Shown here: in pieces, positions 54,810-64,000 of the stretch
How positions within the stretch are numbered: position 1 is the first letter of the stretch
Layout: each line of letters opens with the position of its first letter
Assembly (NCBI GenBank): GCA_963764715.1
Contig: CAVXTP010000006.1
Span: 288,001-352,000, forward strand
Source: an uncultured Acidobacteriota bacterium
GTDB taxonomy: Bacteria; Acidobacteriota; Thermoanaerobaculia; UBA5066; Gp7-AA6
Length of the DNA stretch: 64,000 nucleotides
Reading direction: 5' to 3'
Notes under the pieces: generated by a model
What the model was told of the DNA's origin: nothing
The model's database searches: none
What the model saw: only the letters and a program-made list of their open reading frames with translations
Translations under genes and position numbers: made by a program

Positions 54810-55664
54810 ATGCGGGCGCTCAGCCACGTGCTGGGCCTCGCCTTCCTCGTCATCGCCGCGATCTACGCGGCCGTGTTCCTCTTCTTCGGCGGCCGCTCCT
54901 ACTACGGCACGGCGCTCCGGGTCCGCGGCTACGCGCCGGAGCACGGCCTGCTGCGCCCGTCCGGCGAGGCCGGGATCGCCTTCGGGATCGTCGGGCTCGG
55001 CCTGATTTGCGTCACGCTCATCTACGCGATCCGCAAGAAGCTCCGGCCGAAGGGCGGCAACCTCAAGATCTGGCTCGAGGTCCACATCTTCTGCGGGATC
55101 GTGGGTCCGGCCCTGATCACGCTCCACACCTCCTTCAAGTTCAACGGCCTGATCTCGGTGGCGTACTGGTCGATGGTCGTCGTCGTGCTCTCGGGGTTCG
55201 TCGGCCGCTACCTGTACGTGCGCATCCCCAAGACGCTGCGCGGCGTGGAGCTCTCCGCGGCCGACCTCGAGGCGCGCGCCGCCGAGATCCGGGAGACGCT
55301 CTTCTCGGCGGGCCTCCCGGCGGCGGAGCTCTCGCGCCTCGAGGGCCGCGGCCGGGCCGGAAAGCCTCCCGCGCTCCTCCCGGGACTGCTCTTCGGCGAC
55401 CTGTCGGGATGGCTCCGGTCCCGGCGGCTCGCGCACCGCCTCCGCGCGGCGGGAGCCGCGCCGGAGCTCGTCGCCGAGACCGTCGGACTGGTCGCCGAGC
55501 GCGAGGCCCTCCAGCGCCGGATCGGCCTGCTCGGCCGCACCAAGAAGCTCTTCGACCTCTGGCACGTCCTCCACAAGCCCCTCGTCTACGTCATGCTCGC
55601 GATCGCGGCCCTCCACGTGTTCGTCGCCGTCTACTTCGGGTACGCGCCCGGGAGGGGACGATGA
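54810..55664 (+). CDS. Multi-TM protein with membrane histidines (cytochrome b/ferric-reductase-like)
   Basis: WLEVHIFCG, LITLH, WHVLHKP, ALHV; start uncertain. Confidence 0.7.
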   Translation: MRALSHVLGLAFLVIAAIYAAVFLFFGGRSYYGTALRVRGYAPEHGLLRPSGEAGIAFGIVGLGLICVTLIYAIRKKLRPKGGNLKIWLEVHIFCGIVGPALITLHTSFKFNGLISVAYWSMVVVVLSGFVGRYLYVRIPKTLRGVELSAADLEARAAEIRETLFSAGLPAAELSRLEGRGRAGKPPALLPGLLFGDLSGWLRSRRLAHRLRAAGAAPELVAETVGLVAEREALQRRIGLLGRTKKLFDLWHVLHKPLVYVMLAIAALHVFVAVYFGYAPGRGR

Positions 55665-58600
55665 ACGCCGCGGTCCGCCGCGCGGCGCGGCTTCTCGCGG
55701 CCGCTCCCCTGCTTCTCGTCCTCGGGCCGCTCTTCTCGTCTCCACGAGCGACGGGCGGCCAGGACCTCGGGAACCTCCTGTCGCCCGGCCGCCTGTCGAA
55801 GGCCCACGCGAAGCTCGAGGGCCTCGACAACTGCCAAAAATGCCACGAGCCCGGCCGCAAGGTCACCGCGGAGAAGTGCCTCGCCTGTCATGCGCCGATC
55901 GCCGAGCGCATCGCGGCGAAGAAGGGCGTGCACCGGGACGTCAAGGGAGACTGCGTCTCCTGCCACGTCGAGCATGCCGGCGTCGACGCGGAGCTGCGGC
56001 CGTTCGACACGAAGAAGTTCGACCACGCCGCCGAGACGGGCTTCGCGCTCGACGGGAAGCACGCTCCCCTCGCGGCCAACTGCCAGAGCTGTCACAAGAC
56101 CCGCTCGTTCCTGACGCTGAAGCCGGCCTGCGCGTCCTGCCATGCCGACAAGCACAAGGGGCGGATGGGGCCCGACTGCGCGAGCTGCCACACGACCGCC
56201 GTCGCGTTCAAGGAAGCCGCGAAGACCTTCGACCATTCGAAGGCGGCCTTTCCGCTGACCGGCGCCCACGCGACGGTCGCCTGCGCGAACTGCCACAAGA
56301 CGCCGGACTTCCGGGTCGCGAAATTCGGAGCCTGCAACGACTGCCACCGCGACCCCCACGTCAAGCCGCTCGGCGACCTGCGCGTCGTGCCACACGACGG
56401 AGAGCTTCAAGGCGACGCGGCGGATCGACCACGACAAGACGGGTTTCCCGCTGGTCGGCAAGCACGCCCAGGTTCCCTGCGCGACGTGCCACGTCCAGCC
56501 GCCGACGAAGGTGCACCTGAAGGCCGGCAAGTGCGCCGACTGCCACCAGGACCCCCACAAGGGCGTCTTCAAGGGCGCGGACTGCGCGTCCTGCCACAAG
56601 GAGACCGGCTTCAAGCCGGCGGCGCCGTTCGATCACGCGCAGAAGACGGGCTACGCGCTCGACGGAAGCCACGCGACCGTTCCGTGCGCGTCCTGCCACA
56701 AGGGCGCGGCGGTTCCGGCGGGCGTGAGCGCCGCGAAGGCCACGGTGGACTTCCGCGGGGCGAAGAAGGACTGCGCGAGCTGCCACCGCGATCCGCACAA
56801 GGGCGAGCTCGGCGGGCGCTGCGAGAGCTGCCACACCGTCAAGTCGTTCCGGGTGGAGTCCTTCCAGCACCCGAAGTTCCCGGAGTTCTTCCAGGCCAGG
56901 CACGCGACCGCGCCGTGCGAGTCCTGTCACCGTCCGCCCGGCTCCCCCGAGACCGGACCGCCGGTCCGGCTCTTCAAGGGCCTCTCGACCGAATGCGCCA
57001 CGTGCCACAAGGACCCGCACCTCGGCCAGCTCGGAACGACGCTGCCAGAGCTGCCACACGATCCGGGCCTGGCCGATCACGGGCTACAAGCACCAGAGGG
57101 CGGACCTCGCGACGTTTTTCGCGTCGAAGCACGGGACGCTCGCCTGCGAGCAGTGCCACAAGGCTCGGACGACGACGTTCCCGGCCGGCTCCGGCACGGC
57201 CGTCGTCTTCAAGGGCGTCTCCTCGGAGTGCGCGAGCTGTCACGAGGACGCCCACGACGGGATGCTCGGCAAGCAGTGCCAGACCTGCCACACGCTCAAG
57301 ACCTGGAAGACGGCGTCGCGCGCTTTCCACAAGAACACGGTCTTCCCGCTGGAAGGCCAGCACCTCACGACGCCGTGCGCGGCCTGTCACATCGACCGCG
57401 TCTTCAAGGGGACGCCCAACCGCTGCTACGACTGCCACTGGATCCGCCGCAAGGACGACAAGTACGAGACGCGGCTCGGAAACGAATGCGGGGACTGCCA
57501 CCGGCCGATCGGCTGGAACGCCGTGAACTGGAACCACCAGCAGCGCGACCGGGTTCGCGCTCGGGGCCGCCCACGCGGGCCTGCCCTGCGAGTCCTGCCA
57601 CAAGAACAGGATCTTCACGGGCTTGAGCCCCGATTGCGCGTCCTGTCACAAGAAGGACTACGACGCCACGCGCAATCCCAACCACGCCGCCGCCGGGTTT
57701 CCGACCACCTGCGAGAGCTGTCACCGCCCGACCGACCCGAACTGGGGCGGAGCGCACTACACGCACCAGAGCTTCCCCCTCGTCGGAGTCCACAACACGC
57801 AGCCCTGCGCCGCATGCCATACGAACAACGTCTATGCCGGGACGCCCCGCGACTGCTTCGGCTGCCACAAGCCCCGGTACGACGCGACGACCAACCCGAA
57901 GCACTCCGCGGCGGGGTTCGGAACGGCCTGCGAGACCTGCCACAAGGCGACCGACGCCGACTGGAACCAGGCGACGTTCAACCACGCGCCCGTCTTCCCG
58001 CTCGTCGGCGTCCACAACACGCAGCCCTGCGCCGCCTGCCACAAGAACAACGTCTTTACCGGGACGCCCCGCGACTGCGTCGGCTGCCACAAGCCCCAGT
58101 ACGACGCCACGACGAACCCGAAGCACTCGACGGCCGGCTTCGCGACGACCTGCGAGACCTGCCACAAGGCGACCGACGCCGACTGGAACCAGGCGACCTT
58201 CAACCACTCCCAGGTTTTCGCGCTCGTCGGCGTCCACGCCACGCAGCCCTGCGCCGCCTGCCACAAGAACAACGTCTATGCCGGGACGCCGAAGGACTGC
58301 TTCGGCTGCCACAAGCCGAAGTACGACGCCACGACCAACCCGAAGCACTCGGCCGCCGGCTTCCCGACGACCTGCGAGACCTGCCACAAGGCGACCGACG
58401 CCGACTGGAACCAGGGGGTCTTCAACCACACCCAGGTCTTCGCGCTCGTCGGAGTCCACAACACGCAGCCCTGCGCCGCCTGCCACAAGAACAACGTCTA
58501 TGCCGGAACGCCGCGCGACTGCTTCGGCTGCCACAAGCCCCAGTACGACGCCACGACCACCCCGAAGCACTCGGCCGCCGGCTTCCCGACGACCTGCGAG

Positions 58601-59744
58601 ACCTGCCACAAGGCGACCGACGCCGACTGGAACCAGGGCGTCTTCAACCACGCGCAGGTCTTCGCGCTCGTCGGAGTCCACAACACGCAGCCCTGCGCCG
58701 CCTGCCACAAGAACAACGTCTACGCCGGCACGCCCCGAGACTGCTTCGGCTGCCACAAGCCGAAGTACGACGCCACGACGAACCCGAAACACTCGGCGGC
58801 CGGGTTCGGAACGACGTGCGAGACCTGCCACAAGGCGACCGACGCGACCTGGGACCAGGGCGTCTTCAACCACGCGCAGGTCTTCGCACTCGTCGGCGTC
58901 CACAACGCGCAGCCCTGCGCCGCCTGCCACAAGAACGGCGTCTACGCCGGCACGCCCCGCGACTGCTTCGGCTGCCACAAGCCCCAGTACGACGCCACGA
59001 CCAACCCCGAAGCACTCGGCCGCCGGCTTCCCGACGACCTGCGAGACCTGCCACAAGGCGACCGACGCGAGCTGGAACCAGGGCGTCTTCAATCACACGC
59101 AGGTCTTCCCGCTCGTCGGGGTCCACAACGCGCAGCCCTGCGCCGCCTGCCACAAGAACGGCGTCTACCGCGGCACGCCCCGCGACTGCTACGGCTGCCA
59201 CAAGCCCCAGTACGACGCGACCACCGATCCCAAGCACTCGGCCGCCGGCTTCGCCACGACCTGCGAAAACTGCCACCTGGCGACGGACGCCTCCTGGGAC
59301 CAGGGCCGCTTCAATCACACGCAGCGTCTTCCCGCTCGTCGGCGTTCACGTCACCCAGCCCTGCGGCGCCTGCCACAAGAACAACGTCTACCGCGGCACG
59401 CCCCGCGACTGCTACGGCTGCCACAAGCCCGACTACGACGCGACCACCAATCCCCAAGCCACTCCGCGGCCGGGTTCCCGACGACCTGCGAGACCTGTCA
59501 CAAGGCGACCGACGCGAGCTGGGACCAGGGCACGTTCAACCACACGTGGTTCCCGATCACGAGCGGGCCCCACGCCAACCGAGCCTGCGTCGACTGCCAC
59601 ACGAATCCGTCGAACTACGCGGTCTTCACCTGCACGAACTGCCACGGCCGCTCCGAAACCGACGGCCACCACCGAGGCGTCCCCGGCTACCGCTACGACT
59701 CGGTCGCGTGCTACTCCTGTCACCCCAACGGACGGAGCGATTGA
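55661..59744 (+). CDS. Very large multiheme cytochrome c (~54 CxxCH when joined across apparent 1-nt indels)
   Basis: Signal peptide; LSPGRLSKAH; continuous CxxCH with FDH/FPLxGxH distal-His motifs; frame changes near 56375, 57040, 57545, 59005, 59325, 59455. Confidence 0.88.
57770..59545 (+). repeat. 222-bp (74-aa) triheme tandem repeat, about 8 copies
   Basis: Unit F(P/A)LVGVH..PCAACH..DCFGCH..KHSAAGF..CETCH..W..FNH; shadow-ORF boundaries at 58276/58498/58720 confirm the 222-nt period. Confidence 0.92.
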
Positions 59745-61090
59745 GCTCCGGGGCGGCGCTGCGGTCGCCGGCGGCGAAACGCCGGGGCGCGGCGGCGTGG
59801 CCGCTTCTCTGGCTGGCGTCGCGCCCGCCGCCGTCGCGCAGACCACCGGCTGGGGCCGCGTCGCGCTCTACACGAACGCCCTGCGCGTGCCGACCGCCGA
59901 CGGCGGCTCGCGGATCATCTCGCCAGTGGTCCGCCGCGCTGACCCTGCACTCGCGGCCCAACCCCGAGGGCGGCTTCGAGTACGCGCTGGAGGCCCGCGC
60001 GTCGAGCGACTTCGAGGGCGAGCGCGACACGCTCTCGTACCTCTACAACGCCTACGTCGGGGCGCCGGACGAACGACGGCGTGTTCGGCGCGCGCATCGG
60101 CCAGATGTGGATCGACGAGCTCGGGTCGCTCGGCGCGGTCGGCGGCGCCGCCCTGGAGCTGCGCCCGCGCGGCGAGTCGAGTCTGGGACGCTTCCGGATC
60201 GGACTCTTCGGCGGCGTCGAGCCCAAGATCAGCGAGATCGGATGGTTCCAGGACGTCCAGAAGGGCGGCGTCTTCGTCGCGCTCGACGGGACGAACGCCC
60301 GGCAGAGCGTCCTCGGCTACGTCCAGGTGCCGCAATCAGGACATCCTGGAGCGCTCCGTCATCACCCTGACGAACTATCTGCCGCTCGCGAAGAACCTCT
60401 TCTTCTACCAGGCGGGCGAGTACGACCTCGCCAAACCCGGCGGCGTCGGGCCGCTCCGGGCTCAACTACTTCATGATCAACGGCCGCTGGCTGCCGGTCC
60501 CCAAGCTCGAGCTCCAGGCGATCTACCACTACGGCCGCTCGATCGACGCGCGGACACTCTGACGCAGGACCAGATCGACGGCCGCCCCATCGACCCCCGC
60601 ACCCTCGAGGGATTCCTCTTCGAGTCGATCGGCGGCCGCGTGACCTATTCGATCCTGCCGACCCTGCGCATCTTCGGCGGCTACGCCGAAGAGAAGCGCA
60701 ACGAGAACGACAAGCCGATCCAGCGGATCACGGCCGGCCTCTTCGCCTCGGACGTCTTCCGGAGCGGCTTCGACCTCGCCGTCACGGACAACCAGTATCG
60801 GCGGCCGGACGGCGGCAACGACGACGCGATCTACGTCTCCCTCGGCCACTCGGTCGGGTCGCGCGTCTACCTGACGGCCGAGTACTCGACCTCGGTCTCG
60901 TTTCTCCGCTTCACCGACTCCGGGGGCGTCGTCGTCGAGACCCGGCCGCGGACCGAGCGCTACGCGCTCTCGGGGATCTTCAATCTGTCGCGGGCGTTCT
61001 CGGTGCTGCTGACGCTCGAGCACCTCCAGGGCGACACGCGCGGCGGACGACGAGGACCGCGGGCTTCTCGGCCTGACCGTCCGGTTCTGA
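59741..61090 (+). CDS. Putative outer-membrane beta-barrel (porin-cytochrome partner; frameshifted)
   Basis: Overlaps cytochrome stop; alternating beta-strand pattern, ARIGQMW, C-terminus GLTVRF-stop. Confidence 0.65.
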
Positions 61091-61100
61091 GCGTTCGCGC

Positions 61101-61649
61101 TCAGGCGGCCGGCTTCGCCGGTCTTGCGGATGCCCCCTTCGAGCCGCAGCTCGAAGCGCTTGTGCGTGAAGGGGTGCACGTCCGGGAACTTCGTGAAGAT
61201 CCAGCCGCCGAAGATCTGCTGGCCCTTCTCGAAGACGGCGATCCGGGCCGCCGGGTTCGTGGGCTCGACGCCCTCGGAGGTGATCGAGCCGGCGCCCATC
61301 GTGAAGGCCGGCAGGAATGCGTCGGTCTTGACCACGAGGGAGGGGTCCGGCAGCGGCGTCTCGCCGCCGAGCGGAACCTCGATCGTGCCGGACTTGCCGT
61401 CGGACTGGTCCTTCCAGGTCAGCCGGATCCCCGTGTATTCGTGAGCGACCTCGGGCGGAATCGCGAGCTGTGCCGGGACGTTGGCGCCGGTCGGGCTCGC
61501 CTCCCGAGGACCCGGCCGACGGGCTCGATGGCGCGCTCGTGCGAGACCGCCATCCGCACGGCGGGATCGGGCCGTCCGCGCTCGCGGCAGGCCGGCCCCG
61601 ACGCCGCCACGCCGGCGAGGAGGAGGCCGACGCCCACTCGTTCCCACAC
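61101..61649 (-). CDS. DUF2155-like putative lipoprotein (frameshifted)
   Basis: Hydrophobic leader ending GPAC; FLPAFTM..NPAARI..FGGWIFTKFPDVHPFTH. Confidence 0.6.
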
Positions 61650-61837
61650 CGATTCCCGCCGCCGGCCGTTCGAACGCGCACTCTCTCCTCCTGTTCGTCG
61701 GCCCATTCTGTCCCAGGACGGCGCCGAGCCGCTGATGCATTCGCATGGGTCGGATATTCTCCGGCGCGGCTCCGCCGATGCCCGAAATCCGCGCTCAGCA
61801 AACGATCCGCCCCCCGCGTCGCCGTGATTCCGAGGGG

Positions 61838-63046
61838 ATGAGCGACGTGGTTCCGGCGCGCCTGCTTCGGGCGCTCTCCCGATTGCTGGGGCGTCCGCCC
61901 TCGGACTGGATGGGCCCGGATCCGGCGAGCCTGGCGGCCGAGCGCGCGGCGCCTCCCGAGGACGGAGAGCCTTCACGAGGTCGTCTGCCTGCCCGGGCCC
62001 CGCTGGCGAGGAGGAGCGCCGGCTCGCGGAGCGGGGGCACCGCGTGTTCGCCGTCTCGCCCGAACCCGACGGGTCGGCGCGCCCCTACCGCCTCCGCGTG
62101 GCGGCGCCGCGCCTTCTCGAGGTTTCGCTGCCGGCGGAGCGGTTCGAGGGCCTCGACGCGCTCCGACGCGACCACGCGCTCGGCGCGACGGCCACGTCGT
62201 CGTCCGGGACCCGTCCTGGCGGCCCCTCGCCGAGCGGCTCGAGGCCGGGCTTCACTGGCCGATCGCGAGCGACTCGACAGCCGGACCGGCTCGCGGAGGC
62301 TTTTCCGCGGCTCTCGATCGTCGTCGTCACCTACAACAACCGCGACCTCAACCGCCTGTGCCTCGAGAGCGTGTTCGCCCGCACCGAGTGGCCCAACCGC
62401 GAGGTCGTCGTGGTCGACAACGGGTCCTCGGACGGCACGCGCGAGCTTCTGGAGGAGCTCGCCGGCCGGCACCCCGACCTGCGGACGATCCTCTTCGAAG
62501 AGAACCGCGGCTTTCCCGCGGCGGCCAACGCCGGCCTGTCTTCCGCCTCCGGCCGCTACGTGATCCTGCTCAACAACGACACGGTGGTCACGCGGGGCTG
62601 GGCCACGGCGCTGCTGCGGCATCTGGCGAAGGACCCGGGAACGGGCCTCGTCGGCCCGGTGACCAACGCGATCGCCAACGACGCCAGAGTCCCGGTCGGC
62701 TACTCCGACCTCGCGGACCTTCCCGTCCTGGGCGGCGCGCTGGGCCCGCGAGCACGACGGGCAGGCATTCCCGATCCCCTCGCTCGCGTTCTTCTGCGTC
62801 GCGATGCGGGCACAGCTGCGCGATTCGGTGGGCCTCCTCGACGAGCGCTTCGGCATCGGGATGTTCGAGGACGGCGATTACTGCCGGCGTGTCCGCCAGC
62901 GCGGCCTGCGCATCCTCTGCGCCCGCGACGCCTTCGTCCACCACTGGCAGATGGCCTCGTTCCGGCGGCTCGGCGAAGACGCCTACCTGCGCCTCTACGA
63001 GGAGAACCGCCGCCGATTCCAGGAGAAGTGGGGGACGGCGCCCTAA
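61838..63046 (+). CDS. Glycosyltransferase family 2 (frameshifted)
   Basis: LSIVVVTYNN, VVDNGSSDGT, NRGFPAAAN, LLNND, LDERFGIGMFEDGDY. Confidence 0.85.
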
Positions 63047-64000
63047 CTGGTGGTCTCTGCGAGCCAGGCCGCGACCTGGCGGCCCACCTCGTCCCCGTGC
63101 GCGAGGAGGAACCCCTCGTGGTCGCCCGGCACCACCGCCTGCCGCCCGGCCGGCGCGAGCCGGCGCCATGCCGCGCCGTGCCCCTGGCGGCGGAAATCCT
63201 CCGACTCGAGAACGTGCAGCGTTCCGTCGAACGGGGCCGGCCGGAAGGCGAGCAACGCTTCGAGGTACGAGGCGCGGCGGCCGCGGGCCTCCTGCTCGCG
63301 CGCCGTGACCGCACGGGCGAGGCCGCCTGCGCCGGTCCGCGCGGCCCGCCGAAGGTAGGCCCACCGGCCCCGCGGAAGCCTGCGTGCGGCAGCGACGTGG
63401 TCGCGCAGCCTCCCGCGGAAGTAGAGAAAACGCTCCCAGATCCGGTCGATCCGCGGAGCGTGCGACCGGACGAGCGTCCGCATGCGCCGGCCCGCCCGCG
63501 GGAATGGCGTGTCGAGCAGGATCAGCGTCACGCGCTCTCCGGCTCCCCGGAGGCGGCGCGCAACGGCGAAGGCGAGGATCCCGCCCATGCAGTCGCCCAC
63601 GAGGACGTAGGGGCCGCGCGGCGCGACGCGTCGGACCTCCTGCTCGCCGAGGCCCGCCAGCTCTTCGAGGGGTGGATGGGGCGGAGGACCCGACCGCAGG
63701 CAGAAAAAGGGCGCCTCGCCCCCCGCGATGCGGGAAAGCCGGCGCGCGGCAAAGAGATCCTCTCCGTCGCCGCTTCCGCCCGGGACGACGAAGACGGGGC
63801 GGCCCTGCCCTTCCCGCAGCGAGAGGAGCCGTCCGGGGGCGGGACCGCCGCCCGCGCGAGCCGCGAGGCCGGCCGGCGTCGGGCTCTCGAGCAGGTCCGC
63901 GGCCGAGAGCTCCGACCCCAGGACGCCGTCGAGCGAAGCGAGAAGCTCGACCGCGGAGAGGGAATCGCCGCCGAGCTCGAAGAAATCGTCGTCGGCTCCG
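63043..64000 (-). CDS. C-terminal PCP + thioesterase of an NRPS-like protein (partial)
   Basis: DDFFELGGDSLSA carrier motif at the window end; GPYVLVGDCMGG, PGDH. Confidence 0.8.
   Translation of the reverse strand, partial: GADDDFFELGGDSLSAVELLASLDGVLGSELSAADLLESPTPAGLAARAGGGPAPGRLLSLREGQGRPVFVVPGGSGDGEDLFAARRLSRIAGGEAPFFCLRSGPPPHPPLEELAGLGEQEVRRVAPRGPYVLVGDCMGGILAFAVARRLRGAGERVTLILLDTPFPRAGRRMRTLVRSHAPRIDRIWERFLYFRGRLRDHVAAARRLPRGRWAYLRRAARTGAGGLARAVTAREQEARGRRASYLEALLAFRPAPFDGTLHVLESEDFRRQGHGAAWRRLAPAGRQAVVPGDHEGFLLAHGDEVGRQVAAWLAETTS

Noticed and set aside
57770-59545. 222-bp repeat as a non-coding array
   Set aside because: The period is a multiple of 3 and it encodes CxxCH heme motifs.

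Overview
GC-rich bacterial window. Gene content (Cys-paired SLH domains, ECF sigma plus TPR pair, DUF1800/DUF1501, outer-membrane barrel) suggests an Acidobacteriota/Thermoanaerobaculia-like diderm; this is inference only. Many genes are split by single-base indels typical of unpolished long-read sequence, so several CDS boundaries are reconstructed across frames. Main blocks: ABC exporter and two SLH/propeller paralogs (0.2-4.8 kb); TolB-propeller amidohydrolase and hydrolase (5.5-10.9 kb); TetR-controlled methylated-amine/betaine-type catabolic cluster (10.9-19.6 kb); ECF sigma/anti-sigma pair, then a signal-peptide-bearing, SLH-containing Rhs polymorphic toxin with four orphan toxin-immunity cassettes and remnants (19.8-40.3 kb); WsfD-like GT-C pair, SLH proteins, DUF1800/DUF1501, CuA-like protein and MerR unit (40.5-52.6 kb); an operon of flavin/2Fe-2S reductase, His-bearing membrane protein, ~54-heme cytochrome c and beta-barrel (53.3-61.1 kb); GT2 and the PCP-TE end of an NRPS-like gene. 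The two strongest novelty candidates are (i) the Rhs array, where most junctions carry a recurrent ~30-bp non-coding motif (TGGGGTCRATCGTGTAATCCTGTATTGCC) that may be a recombination site, and (ii) the putative NAD(P)H-to-surface multiheme electron conduit.
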